This document shows, piece after piece, positions 22,305-31,613 of a stretch of DNA of 64,000 nt. A model generated the notes under the pieces. The model searched no databases. It was not told where the DNA came from and was given only the letters and a program-made list of their open reading frames with translations. Source of the stretch: Pseudomonas phage vB_PaeP_TUMS_P10; the sequence record OM782452.1, one strand, 5' to 3'. A program made the translations under genes and the position numbers. Position 1 is the stretch's first letter, and each line of letters opens with the position of its first letter.

Positions 22305-22669
22305 GGAGTGCTCTGGTCTGGACCCCGTTGCGGGGCGTGGGGAGGACCGTTCACAACGGGCCAGAGCACTCCCTTATGTCTACGAAACATAGACATAAGA
22401 AAGCCAGCATGAAGCTGGCTATCTTGAAAGGGTGGGTGAACTCAGAGGCTAGGAGACAGGAAGTTCTACGAGGGGATTCCTCTGGTTCACCATTGACTGT
22501 GGCTGTATGTCGTTGGTTGTTGCTGTGTGTGATCACTATGCTATCTATGGCACTGCAAGTCAACAGTAAAAAGAGTCCTACAAGCCAAACCATTACGAGA
22601 ACTGGCTAAAAAGAGAATGAGTTCAGGGAACTCTTGTAGGACTAAGGCTAGGTATTCACTCTTTTTACT
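22305..22669. other. hairpin-dense noncoding region (five long perfect or near-perfect stems): candidate RNA processing/regulatory or structured RNA
   Basis: Stems: 22305-22316/22361-22372 (12 bp, enclosing two 5-bp/3-nt-loop mini-hairpins); 22373-22399 (10-bp palindrome); 22402-22420 (7 bp); 22435-22491 (13 bp with 1-nt bulge); 22565-22584/22633-22669 (12+8 bp). Confidence 0.5.
22381..22420 (-). terminator. terminator-like hairpin on minus strand
   Basis: On the minus strand, AGCCAGC-UUCAU-GCUGGCU is followed by UUCUUAUGUCUAUGUUU. Confidence 0.4.
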
Positions 22670-23063
22670 GGGGACTCAAGTCCTGGGGAGGATCTTGGTT
22701 TTCACGCATGCTGGAACCAGCAATGCGACCATTGCGGAAGTCCACCGCATCTACCGAGTTTTCGGGATACGGATTTTCGCCTTGTTCCCCCAGGAGGCCG
22801 ACACGTACACCGTGCAGGTAGGCAGCCGTGGCATCCATACCGGGACGGTAGGGGGGATTGAACTCCGCATCTGTGGAGAGGCCGAGTTCGGATACGGCCA
22901 GCAGGATTGCGTCTTGGTGGACACCGCCTTTGACCTTGATTTCTGCGATCAGCGGAGCGGTGAAGCCAATGACTACATCCTTGGCTGAGTAGACCGTGGA
23001 GGTGAACTGGAGGCCGCCACCGGTGTGGGTAACGAAGGACAGCAGGTATCGATTTTTCTTCAT
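22665..23063 (-). CDS. hypothetical protein
   Basis: 132 aa, AGGGGA RBS. Confidence 0.5.
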   Translation of the reverse strand: MKKNRYLLSFVTHTGGGLQFTSTVYSAKDVVIGFTAPLIAEIKVKGGVHQDAILLAVSELGLSTDAEFNPPYRPGMDATAAYLHGVRVGLLGEQGENPYPENSVDAVDFRNGRIAGSSMRENQDPPQDLSPQ

Positions 23064-23083
23064 GGTTTCCCCTTGGGAAGAAC

Positions 23084-23101
23084 CCCCGGCGAACCGGGGG
23101 C
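23084..23101 (-). other. intergenic GC hairpin with UUCG loop (attenuator/terminator-like)
   Basis: CCCCCGG-CGAA-CCGGGGG on the plus strand; the minus-strand loop reads UUCG. Confidence 0.4.
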
Positions 23102-23108
23102 GTGTCGC

Positions 23109-23498
23109 TTAACCGCCGAACAGGCCGGCTGCCGACTTGGGCGCTTCTTGTGCGGGTGCTTCAGCTTGAGCCGGGATCTCCTCGACCGGATTGGCTTCCG
23201 GTTCGGCGGAGGTTGCCGGTGCAGCCTGCGCCTCGGAGGCGGCCTTGAAGTTGCCCAGGTCTTCGGTGACGACTTTCTTCTCGCGCTTCGGCTTTTCGAC
23301 CGGAACTTCTTTCGCCGCCGGTGCTTCTTCGGCGACTGCCGGCTCTTCGCCCAGCGAAACTTCGGCGGTGACGTTGCTGCCGCCCTTGCGGGTGACCGAG
23401 AAGGAGACGTGGGTGTTGGCATCTACCGGCAGGCCACGAGCGGCCAGACCGTCGGTCAGCATCTTGACGATATCGTTTTGGTTCAGAGTGATGATCAT
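23109..23498 (-). CDS. hypothetical protein with A/P/E/K-rich C-terminal tail ending ...PKSAAGLFGG
   Basis: 129 aa, AAGGAA RBS. Compact N-terminal domain followed by a low-complexity tail. Confidence 0.5.
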   Translation of the reverse strand: MIITLNQNDIVKMLTDGLAARGLPVDANTHVSFSVTRKGGSNVTAEVSLGEEPAVAEEAPAAKEVPVEKPKREKKVVTEDLGNFKAASEAQAAPATSAEPEANPVEEIPAQAEAPAQEAPKSAAGLFGG

Positions 23499-23508
23499 GG
23501 ATCGTTCC

Positions 23509-24063
23509 TTATGAGAGCAGCTTGAGCAGCTGCTGGAAAGTGGGGTCTTTCAAGCCAACCTCAGCAGCGGCAATAGCATCTGCTATGTGCTCTGCTTTGC
23601 TGGCGACTACCCGTCCGTTCTGTCGAGGCCAGTTCAGTCCGGGGTGTTTCTTCGTGGCCCACTCAATCATTTCCTGCTTGCTGGCCGTTGATGAATTGCA
23701 CGCATGCACCTTCAGCTTGGCAGCAGTGACAGGAAAGAATGGGTAGCCCAGCGCACGCATGTACGCCAGTAGGCCAATGCACACGCCGTAGCTCTTCATA
23801 GCGTCAGCCGATTGGGAACCAACGGGGACTTCTACGAAGATGGCTTTGGCATGGGGAGCAAGTTCAATCAGACGCTCGGCAATCGGCTCGACACGTAGGA
23901 GGTCTGCCGAGTTGACGCGAATCTGCTTGTCCTTGCTTTTACTGGTTTGGATGACCTCGACATGCTTGAACTCAATCAAGCCAGTGGAGGTATCCAGGTT
24001 GCCGCAGGCTATGCCCCAATTACTGAGGCTGGGATCCATGCCCAAGATGTTGATCTTAGGCAT
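23509..24063 (-). CDS. RuvC-like Holliday junction resolvase
   Basis: N-terminal INILGMDPSLSNWGIA resembles the RuvC catalytic Asp region. C-terminal HIADAIAAAE resembles the RuvC HxxDAxxIA motif. 184 aa. Confidence 0.55.
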   Translation of the reverse strand: MPKINILGMDPSLSNWGIACGNLDTSTGLIEFKHVEVIQTSKSKDKQIRVNSADLLRVEPIAERLIELAPHAKAIFVEVPVGSQSADAMKSYGVCIGLLAYMRALGYPFFPVTAAKLKVHACNSSTASKQEMIEWATKKHPGLNWPRQNGRVVASKAEHIADAIAAAEVGLKDPTFQQLLKLLS

Positions 24064-24426
24064 TTACTCGTCCCCGCCGAGGATCTTCAACTGCTGCCGG
24101 AGGCGAAGGATCTCGTCTCTCAGCTTCTTGGTTTCTTGATAGGCAAACCAGGAAGTTCCTTTGGCGTAGCTGGCGGTGATGGTCTTGATCTGTTCAGGTG
24201 TAAGGACGGTTAACTGTACGTCCGACTTGGGTTCAACGAACATTGAGCCGTTGTCCCAATCGAAGCCAGGAACCACACTGACTACATCCACAGCTGGCCT
24301 CGCCCCACACATACCGGGGCGAAGCACAGGGATACGCAGTGTATGGTCCAGCAACCTTTCGCGTTCATCCCCCTCGCAGGAATCGACCATGCGATTGAGG
24401 GATTCAAGCAGTTCCCGGACCTTCAT
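24064..24426 (-). CDS. hypothetical protein
   Basis: 120-aa ORF whose stop overlaps the downstream start (TAAATG). Confidence 0.45.
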   Translation of the reverse strand: MKVRELLESLNRMVDSCEGDERERLLDHTLRIPVLRPGMCGARPAVDVVSVVPGFDWDNGSMFVEPKSDVQLTVLTPEQIKTITASYAKGTSWFAYQETKKLRDEILRLRQQLKILGGDE

Positions 24427-24429
24427 GGC

Positions 24430-25167
24430 TTAGTCGCCGAAGAGGCTGCTGGCCTTGGGTTGGGAACCGCCACCGGCAGCACCGGGACGGCCAGCAGTTG
24501 CGCCTTTCACTTCCTTGAACTGGTCCTTGACGTTGCCAGCCCACTTGGCGATCCACTCGTTGTAGAAGCCGGCTTCGCGCTTGCCCGCACGGGCTTCGGC
24601 CAGGGTGACCTTGTACTCGGCGTGGAATACCTTATCCACCTCGTTCGTCTCGCGAACTTCGTTGGTGTCGCGGTAAACGCCGTCTTCGCCTTTCACGCCC
24701 TTGTTCTTCTTCACCTTCAGGATGCCCAGGCATACCTTGGTGCCGATCAGGGAGGTGGCCACCGGTACTACGGTCGGCTTCTTCTCCTTGGCCGCCGAGT
24801 CCCAGAGCAGGAGGGTTTTGTCCTCGAAGGTCTGGTCCTTGAAGCCCTTCTCGTTGGCCATCATGCAGATGGCGTTGGCGATCTCGTAGCCCTTGAGATA
24901 GTGCTTCTCGCCGTCTTTATCGACCCAGTACGGCTTGCACTCTTTCGCCTTGCCGGTGGTGACGTAGAAGGTTTCGCTGTAGGTGCGGCCAGTTGCGGCG
25001 TGCTCGAATTCGAAGGCCAAGCCCTTGGCCCCGGTCGAGGAGGTCAGGCCGTAGGCCACCTTGATGGTCAGGTCGTAAGCGTTGGAGTCGAAGAGGCTAG
25101 CGCCGCCGAGGCTGTCGCCGGATTCCTGGATGTTGCCTTCGTCTTGTACGTCGTTGAAAAAGCTCAT
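24430..25167 (-). CDS. putative ssDNA-binding protein (by position and C-terminal tail ...QPKASSLFGD)
   Basis: 245 aa, AGGAG RBS. Adjacent to ATPase, primase and exonuclease genes. Gly-rich linker plus short C-terminal tail as in SSB proteins. Assignment is tentative. Confidence 0.3.
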   Translation of the reverse strand: MSFFNDVQDEGNIQESGDSLGGASLFDSNAYDLTIKVAYGLTSSTGAKGLAFEFEHAATGRTYSETFYVTTGKAKECKPYWVDKDGEKHYLKGYEIANAICMMANEKGFKDQTFEDKTLLLWDSAAKEKKPTVVPVATSLIGTKVCLGILKVKKNKGVKGEDGVYRDTNEVRETNEVDKVFHAEYKVTLAEARAGKREAGFYNEWIAKWAGNVKDQFKEVKGATAGRPGAAGGGSQPKASSLFGD

Positions 25168-25181
25168 GAATATCTCCTATT

Positions 25182-25919
25182 TCAGCCCGCGTAGTATTCG
25201 CGGAGACGCTGCATTACAAGCTGAGCGTCGTTGTTGATGAAAGTCTCACAGGTTTCCCACATGTCCATGGGGCCACGGATCCTTTCACCGATGGTTTCCT
25301 TGGTGATCATGGTCTGGAAGACATGCTTGAAACCAAGCGACTCTTCCAGTGGCGAAACGGTCAACAGCTTGTTGCCGTCACGGTACGGTTCCAGTTCACG
25401 CAAGGACATCTTCTTGGTACTGATGACCAAGGAGAAGTACGATTCGATGCCGTTGTTCTTCAAGGCGCCTTTCACCGGTACACACGATTCCATCATCATC
25501 CGGGCATCGTTGTAGACCGACTTGGTGTGACCCAAGAAGATCACGTTCGCCGACGAGCGAGCCACGTAATCCTGCATCAGGTTCTTGAAGTACTGCTGGT
25601 AGTTGCCCCACGCCTTCTGGGTGTCCGGGGATCCCAGAACGCATTGGGATTCGTACATGTCCATCAGGTACGTCAGCGTGTCGATGACGATGGTGTGGCC
25701 TTCCAGCTTGCCGTTCTCCAGTGCATCGAAGGCTTCGTACACATGGTCGGGGTGGGTGATGGTGAAGCTCTTGAACTTGTTGCGGAACGGCAACTTCTTG
25801 CCTGCTTCGCAGTTCAGGTAGATAACCCCTTCGGGGTTTTCCAAGTTCTTGAGGCTCAGCGACTTACCGGTAGCGGATTCGCCAGAGATCAAGAACAAGT
25901 TGTCGTTGACTTGAGTCAT
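25182..25919 (-). CDS. P-loop ATPase (replication/recombination-associated)
   Basis: Walker A GESATGKS. AGAGGTG RBS supports the ATG at 25919 (the ORF track uses a GTG at 25925). Confidence 0.55.
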   Translation of the reverse strand: MTQVNDNLFLISGESATGKSLSLKNLENPEGVIYLNCEAGKKLPFRNKFKSFTITHPDHVYEAFDALENGKLEGHTIVIDTLTYLMDMYESQCVLGSPDTQKAWGNYQQYFKNLMQDYVARSSANVIFLGHTKSVYNDARMMMESCVPVKGALKNNGIESYFSLVISTKKMSLRELEPYRDGNKLLTVSPLEESLGFKHVFQTMITKETIGERIRGPMDMWETCETFINNDAQLVMQRLREYYAG

Positions 25920-25933
25920 AGACACCTCTGTAG

Positions 25934-25962
25934 TTAATCGAAAGAGCCGCTGGAAGCGGCCC
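25934..25962 (-). terminator. intrinsic terminator (minus strand)
   Basis: GCCGC-loop-GCGGC hairpin followed by CUCUUUCGAUU on the minus strand. Confidence 0.45.
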
Positions 25963-25967
25963 TATCT

Positions 25968-28106
25968 TCAAACCCCGAGCTTCTTCTGCACCGTGATGAG
26001 AACGGTCGTCAGCAGTTCGGTTTCGTCCAGGCTGTCCTGCATCTTGGCGTTCAAACCAAGTACCCGATTCTTGATGGTGTCGTAGCCGAAGCCGTTCTCC
26101 ACCAGGATCATGGCGAAGCGAAGGAGCATGTTGTTGCGGTTGCCGTCGCCGGAGTTGTTGATCACCCAGCGCTCCAACCGATCCATATCGCTCTGGTCCT
26201 GGAGACGGCTACGACGTTCTTCATCCTTGCTGGTTCGCGGGATGAAAGGCAGTGCGTCATAGAGTTCGCCGTCCAGTACCTCGACAGTGCCTTCGTGGGT
26301 CAACCACTTCTTGCAGCGGTGGCTGCATTGGGGATCGACTTCGAAGGGCAAGGAATCGACCAAGGCGTTGTAGAACTCCTTGTATTCCTTGGCATCGAAC
26401 TTCAGGTGATAGTTCAACGGAAGCACGATGCGGAAGTGCGGATCACTGTCAGTGTGCGACTTGGTGGTGTAGAGGATCGCCTTGTAGCCGTCGAGGAACT
26501 GCTTGGCCAATTCCAGCTTGCAGGTGCCATCGATATCGAGGACTACCATGTTGAAGCCAGGAATCGCATTCTCCTCGTTGCGGTAACCGCCAGCGAGGTG
26601 GTGTGCAATCCAGTGAAGGCCAGGCATGCCGACCAGCTTCGCCATGTTTTCCCAGGTCACCTTGTCGTTGTAATACCCTTCCGTCATTTCACGGGAGTAG
26701 GACACGATAAGGTCGTTACCCTTGATATCAGTGGCTTTCAGCGATTCGCCTCGGATGAAGTCTACGTTGTCACGAATCGACTTCTTGATGATCACGTTGT
26801 TCTTGTAGCCCCATGCGGTGGCCAACAGGATCAACTCTTCCCGCTGACTCTTGGAACCCCGGAAGAACGGGAGATCCTCGATCAGATCGGTGTAGTTCAT
26901 CTCGCGATTGGTGTTGGCCAGGTACTTCGCCAACTTGACGTAGGTACGGTCCCGACTCAGTAGCATCTTGAATGCTTCGCCAGACTCTTCTGCCAGCTTA
27001 ACCGCTGCATAGAAGTGGTCTTGTGTCAGGACCGGACTGTCGTCAACGAAGGCATACGCACCAGCCAACTTGAGTGCCTTGAAGTAACGGTGAGTGATCT
27101 CCGCCTTTCTGGTTTCCTCGTGTTCGCCGAGTTCGGCTGCTTCAGCTTCGCACTTCAGCTTGTACTCAATGATGAGTAGTGCTGTGTCCTTGTCCATTGT
27201 CAGAACCTTCCGCATGTTGGAAGGATCCGCAAGGGTTTCCAACTTTTCGCTGAGGTCGTCGATGAACTGGACGGTGTTGTTGCTGGTCATGAGGTCGTAA
27301 ACCTCATCCGGGGTCATGGCAACCTTCTTCTGGTCGCCACCGAGTCCGAAGAAGGACCGGCGAGCGTAACCAGTTTCCAACATGGAGTTGAACTCCTCTT
27401 CCGTCTTGCTGCCGTTGAGCAGCTTGGTCGGAGTACCGAACAACATCATGTTGGTAGGCGTCTTGCCTCGGATTTCCTCGCCTCGCACGTTGTCCTGCGT
27501 GTTCTTCACCAGCTTTTGCTTGATGGCGCCCACGTCGTAGAGTTCGAGGAAGGTGTTCAACACTTCGATCTGACCCGTAAGGTTCGAGCCGATTTCGTCG
27601 ATCACCAGGTTCACTGCACCGGCATTTGCCATGAGCAGTTTGTGCCGCATCTGCTTCACAGCAGGCGGCGTACCGGAGTCAAAGGTATAAACCAGTGGCC
27701 CCAGTTGGTTGAACTCCTTCTGGACTCGCAGGAGTTCTTCGCTTTCGTCACAGTCCTTACGACTGGACCGTTCGAAAGCCAGCTTCTGAAGGTTGACTTC
27801 AGCCGCCGCATCGAAGCTTTCCATGAAGCGCTCACGGAAAGGACCAGTGATCTGTTCCTCCATGATGTTCGTGGAAAAGCCTTTACCCGCGCCCGAAGGC
27901 ATCAGGTTGATGGCGTACATGTTGACAGGGATTACCCCACGATCATGCGTCTTGATAGAGCAACGCATTTGAGCGGCCATCATGGAGAAGTGGAACCCTA
28001 CGAGAACCCGGAAGAAGAGGTGATTCTTCGACTGGGTTTTCTCGCAGAGAATCTCGACGATGCGCTCGGATGTGGGGTGATGCTTCATCTGATCCAATGA
28101 AAGCAT
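25968..28106 (-). CDS. DNA primase-like protein (prim-pol/primase C-terminal-like, N4 gp43-like position)
   Basis: 712 aa. MVVLDIDG acidic motif and the ILYTTKSHTDSDPHFRIVLPL region resemble primase-polymerase domains. AGGAG RBS. Confidence 0.45.
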   Translation of the reverse strand: MLSLDQMKHHPTSERIVEILCEKTQSKNHLFFRVLVGFHFSMMAAQMRCSIKTHDRGVIPVNMYAINLMPSGAGKGFSTNIMEEQITGPFRERFMESFDAAAEVNLQKLAFERSSRKDCDESEELLRVQKEFNQLGPLVYTFDSGTPPAVKQMRHKLLMANAGAVNLVIDEIGSNLTGQIEVLNTFLELYDVGAIKQKLVKNTQDNVRGEEIRGKTPTNMMLFGTPTKLLNGSKTEEEFNSMLETGYARRSFFGLGGDQKKVAMTPDEVYDLMTSNNTVQFIDDLSEKLETLADPSNMRKVLTMDKDTALLIIEYKLKCEAEAAELGEHEETRKAEITHRYFKALKLAGAYAFVDDSPVLTQDHFYAAVKLAEESGEAFKMLLSRDRTYVKLAKYLANTNREMNYTDLIEDLPFFRGSKSQREELILLATAWGYKNNVIIKKSIRDNVDFIRGESLKATDIKGNDLIVSYSREMTEGYYNDKVTWENMAKLVGMPGLHWIAHHLAGGYRNEENAIPGFNMVVLDIDGTCKLELAKQFLDGYKAILYTTKSHTDSDPHFRIVLPLNYHLKFDAKEYKEFYNALVDSLPFEVDPQCSHRCKKWLTHEGTVEVLDGELYDALPFIPRTSKDEERRSRLQDQSDMDRLERWVINNSGDGNRNNMLLRFAMILVENGFGYDTIKNRVLGLNAKMQDSLDETELLTTVLITVQKKLGV

Positions 28107-28115
28107 TACTCACTC

Positions 28116-29132
28116 CTAGATGATGAGATCGCCTGAAGCGATCAAGGCGTCTTTCTGCTTGCACACAGTGAAAGCAGGGCAGTAGGCACAGGCTTTAACC
28201 TGTCCAGGGATGGTCTTGACTACCCCGACGTTGCCGTCTTCACGCAGACGTACCAAGGCTTCGGCTTCAGTGTCGAAGTTCTTGGTGCTTCGTGCTCCGC
28301 GTTCCGTGGCTTTGGCCGGGTTCTTATAGTACTTATAGACCGGATCCGACCGCCATAGCTCTTCGTCCGAACACATGGGCAGATCGTCTTCATCCGCGTC
28401 GATCAAATCGATCAACGTCTTCACCCGGTTCCGCACCCACAGCTCTGTTTCCCGAAGGGACATGAGCTTGAATTCCTTGGCTTGAATCCTGGATTGCGGG
28501 TACTTCTCCGGTTGCTGCCTGGCCATTGCTTTCTGCCAGTCGGTGAAGATGAAGTTGATGAGCATCGTGTCCTTGGTCACCAGTTCGGGATTGAGCCAGC
28601 GATACAGGGATCCTTGCAGGATGTAGTCCTTGTCCTTGCTGCCCATGGTGTAGCTGTAGACAGTGGTGGACTTGATGTCCTCTACCCGGCCATCGCCAAC
28701 GAAGTCGAACTTGCCGGAGATGTTGATCCCCATGAACTCCCGCTTGGTCCGCTGCTCCATGTACACAGGGATGGCCTTACCACCCTTGGCATTGGAGTTG
28801 AAGGCTTCCAGTTCTTCCTTGGTGGGATTCACCAGAACGCGTTCACGGATGGCCTTGGGGTAGCCCAGCAAAGCCAGGGCAGTGTCATGGTTTGTGGTCC
28901 ACGCCTTCTCGACGGAATCGTGAAAGGCATTACCCATGGCACTGTTGATGCGGTTGGCCACATCTTCTACCTTGGCTTCCTCGGATACCCGACGAGCCAG
29001 GATGGTTTGCTTGATCGGGCGAAGCATCGTCGTCACAGACAAACCAGCCTCGGAATAGTCGTAGTAGTCCGATGCCAGCCAGACGGCCATAGACAGGGGA
29101 ATCCCCGTCTCATTGGTATAGCGAGCGGCCAT
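28116..29132 (-). CDS. PD-(D/E)XK exonuclease with C-terminal Cys cluster (Cas4/RecB-like)
   Basis: GKFDFVGDGRVEDIKST matches the D...(D/E)xK core. C-terminal CAYCPAFTVCK cysteines. 338 aa. Confidence 0.55.
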   Translation of the reverse strand: MAARYTNETGIPLSMAVWLASDYYDYSEAGLSVTTMLRPIKQTILARRVSEEAKVEDVANRINSAMGNAFHDSVEKAWTTNHDTALALLGYPKAIRERVLVNPTKEELEAFNSNAKGGKAIPVYMEQRTKREFMGINISGKFDFVGDGRVEDIKSTTVYSYTMGSKDKDYILQGSLYRWLNPELVTKDTMLINFIFTDWQKAMARQQPEKYPQSRIQAKEFKLMSLRETELWVRNRVKTLIDLIDADEDDLPMCSDEELWRSDPVYKYYKNPAKATERGARSTKNFDTEAEALVRLREDGNVGVVKTIPGQVKACAYCPAFTVCKQKDALIASGDLII

Positions 29133-29135
29133 GGT

Positions 29136-29534
29136 TTAACCCTCGGGGTTGTCTTCCAACCAGCGGTTCAGGGAATCCCTGGCTTCCCTTACGTCCTGGT
29201 GCATCGACTTGCCGCCGCTGCGCTGGCCCAGGTTGAGCAGCTTCTTGCGTGCATGGTCGATGGCACCGGAGTTGTCGCAGGTGATCGGGAACAGGGTGTT
29301 CAGCCGGTACACGTCAAGCCAGGTCCACTCCTTGGGGATATCCCGACGGTAGCGGTTCTTCGGATCCACCTTGGGCTTGGTGTCCTTGGCTGCCGCTTTC
29401 ACGTATTCCTTGGGCAAGCCTACGATGGACACTCCGTAGACCGATCCCATGGAGGACATCTTGTAGAGTTCCCGGCAGAGGCCGCAGGTGGCTGTGGTGC
29501 TGTGATGGTTGTTGCACAGGGGGTGTTTGGTCAT
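29136..29534 (-). CDS. hypothetical protein (Cys/His-rich N-terminus)
   Basis: 132 aa with N-terminal CNNHHSTTATCGLC. Confidence 0.4.
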   Translation of the reverse strand: MTKHPLCNNHHSTTATCGLCRELYKMSSMGSVYGVSIVGLPKEYVKAAAKDTKPKVDPKNRYRRDIPKEWTWLDVYRLNTLFPITCDNSGAIDHARKKLLNLGQRSGGKSMHQDVREARDSLNRWLEDNPEG

Positions 29535-29956
29535 AGGGACTCCTTCTGTTTGTTGAGGTGGAAGATGGCTAGCTTAGCAGCAGCCATGTAGCGACGGGCT
29601 TGCCGGCTGTCCAGGGACATACCGGAAGCCAGCAGGTCTGTGCTCAGTTGAGGCTCCTTCAGGAGGCTGAACAGGCGCATGGCCGATAACGGCTTCTGGG
29701 AGCCTTCTGCGAGCGAAGCGATGCCCACGAGGACATCCTCTACCACCGGATCAACAAACATGTTGTCGAGGCCCTGGAGGCGCTTTGCATGAGGGTTCTG
29801 TACCCAACGGGTACGAGGGCCGCCGATGGCGTTCTTGTTCAAGCCATGGAAGCGAATGGTATCTGTGCTTGCCTTACCCAGGGAAGCCTTGAGGTTGGGC
29901 ATGCTGTCGATGGGGAAATCGATGACGGGAATGTCGGCTGCGGTCAGCTTTTTCAT
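29531..29956 (-). CDS. hypothetical protein
   Basis: 141-aa first gene of the leftward block, AGAGG RBS. Confidence 0.45.
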   Translation of the reverse strand: MKKLTAADIPVIDFPIDSMPNLKASLGKASTDTIRFHGLNKNAIGGPRTRWVQNPHAKRLQGLDNMFVDPVVEDVLVGIASLAEGSQKPLSAMRLFSLLKEPQLSTDLLASGMSLDSRQARRYMAAAKLAIFHLNKQKESL

Positions 29957-30010
29957 GGGTAAAACCTCTGGTTAAAAAATGATCACGAAACGGTCTTATA
30001 TATAAAGGGG

Positions 30011-30307
30011 TCCACCCTCCCCCTCTTGAATTTACATTCAAGCCCCCGGAGGGGGCCGGGAGTCGGGTGGACCCTGGGAAGGTCTCTCCCCTGACCTTCT
30101 CCCCCTACCCTGAGACGGGGTAGTGTCAAGGGGGATCGGCGCCAGCCGCACGCCCCCGCAGACACGGATCCCGTCGAGGGGTAGGGATATTGATTTACCT
30201 ATACCCCTATACCCTACCGGAGTCCGTGTCTCCCACTCGGGCTTCGCTGCGCTCACCGCTCGGGGGACACTACCCCGGTAGGGTATAGGGGGGAGGAGGG
30301 GGAGAGG
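30011..30307. repeat. GC-rich nested inverted-repeat region between divergent gene blocks
   Basis: Nested inverted-repeat pairs: 30011-30025/30288-30307 (C-rich/G-rich); 30104-30128/30266-30291 (12-bp perfect core cggggtagtgtc/gacactaccccg); 30158-30170/30219-30233; inner 30176-30188/30201-30220, which also carries a tataccc direct repeat. Local hairpins at 30076-30097 and 30104-30124. Confidence 0.7.
30042..30056 (+). promoter_or_regulatory. GCCCCC-GGA-GGGGGC mini-hairpin (6-bp stem, GGA loop)
   Basis: Perfect palindrome with the same GGA loop as the 54426 and 55463 palindromes. Confidence 0.3.
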
Positions 30308-30338
30308 GTTATACTGGGTAAAACAGGAGGACTTCCTA

Positions 30339-31613
30339 ATGGTAGACGTATGTAATCTGAACGGTACTGAGTGTGGTACTGGTTCTTGGAAAGGCCCGAA
30401 ACCGGGTGACCCGAACATGAACAATCTACTCCTGACGGCTACTCCGGCCTTCGGGGGTATCGATATCAACTGGACATGGCCTACGCTTAACCCAGCTGCG
30501 GTCAGTCAAACTATCCTCTGGAGAAGTATCACTCCGAATTTCAACGTAGCTACACGAGTAGCGGTTGTTCAGGGTAACTTCTACTTTGACAGGGTAGATG
30601 TCGAGATCAACTTGGATACCAGGTACTACTACTGGATTCAGATGCTCTCTATCAACGGTACTGAGGGTGAAGTCATCGGTCCGGCGAGTGCAACTGCACG
30701 ACCGCTCATTGGACAGATGATGGATATCCTTTCTGGTCAAATTGATGCTGGTGCTCTTGCACAGAACCTTCGTACTGAGATCGATCAGATCCAACTGAAC
30801 AAGTTGGGGATCACTCAGGAAGAACTTCTGCGTGCCCAGAATGACCAAGGTCTTGCTGTTCGCATCTCTGAGCTTGGTGCAAAGACTGACGATGCACTGG
30901 CACTTCTCCAAGAAGAAGTACGGATTCGTACTGATGCTGATGGTGCTCTGGTACACACGGTTAACACCATGTATGCCGACTTCAACGGGAACATTGCAGC
31001 CATCCAAACCGAGCAACAGGCTCTTGCTACCCAGGTCAGTTCACTGGCTTCGTCGGTAACGACACTGAACTCTACTGTGAACGGCAACTCTGCCTCCGGG
31101 CAGATTGGTTTGGTGACCAAGGTTACCCAGCAGGAAGGGAAGATGGCTGTCATGGAGTCTCAGTACTTCGTGAAGCTCCAGGCAGGCAATCTGGTTGGTG
31201 GTTTCGGTCTGTACAACCAGGGACAGACTATCGAGGCTGGTTTCGATGTGGATAGGTTCTGGGTTGGCCGGGCCAACGTTAAACGGAAGCCATTTATCAT
31301 CGATAACAACATCGTCTACATTGACGAGGGTGCCATCAACAAACTCACCTTCGACAAGTTGAGGGCACAGGATGGAAGTCTTATCGTTCAGAACGGTAAG
31401 ATTCAGGCTAAGTACCTTGAAGCAGACCAGATTGACGTTAGCAACATCCAATCCAAGAACTGGGTGTCGGAACGTCAAGGTTGGAGGTTCTGGGACAACG
31501 GTACTTACGAGCTTAACGGTACTGCCACTTCTGGCCGTACAGTCATCAAAGGCGGAGCTACACGAGTCTATGATGCTGCTGGTGTTCTCCGCGTAATCAT
31601 GGGGGTTTGGTAA
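30339..31613 (+). CDS. tail fiber protein
   Basis: 424 aa. N-terminal fibronectin-III-like region. Central coiled segment. C-terminal ...[18 protein letters not shown] resembles phage tail-fiber C-terminal domains. AGGAGG RBS. Confidence 0.55.
   Translation: MVDVCNLNGTECGTGSWKGPKPGDPNMNNLLLTATPAFGGIDINWTWPTLNPAAVSQTILWRSITPNFNVATRVAVVQGNFYFDRVDVEINLDTRYYYWIQMLSINGTEGEVIGPASATARPLIGQMMDILSGQIDAGALAQNLRTEIDQIQLNKLGITQEELLRAQNDQGLAVRISELGAKTDDALALLQEEVRIRTDADGALVHTVNTMYADFNGNIAAIQTEQQALATQVSSLASSVTTLNSTVNGNSASGQIGLVTKVTQQEGKMAVMESQYFVKLQAGNLVGGFGLYNQGQTIEAGFDVDRFWVGRANVKRKPFIIDNNIVYIDEGAINKLTFDKLRAQDGSLIVQNGKIQAKYLEADQIDVSNIQSKNWVSERQGWRFWDNGTYELNGTATSGRTVIKGGATRVYDAAGVLRVIMGVW

Noticed and set aside
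22296-22380. Possible tRNA in the 73-nt structure closed by a 12-bp stem
   Set aside because: A 12-bp closing stem, no T-loop (GTTCRA) or D-arm consensus, and internal mini-hairpins are incompatible with a cloverleaf.
22328-22609. Small ORFs (plus 22328-22609; minus 22351-22593) in the hairpin-dense noncoding region
   Set aside because: They overlap long perfect inverted repeats, have no SD motif, and are mutually antisense. The region is better explained as structured noncoding sequence.
30011-30307. Invertible (phase-variation) promoter switch upstream of the tail-fiber genes
   Set aside because: The region is flanked by inverted repeats, but no invertase or recombinase gene was found anywhere in the window.
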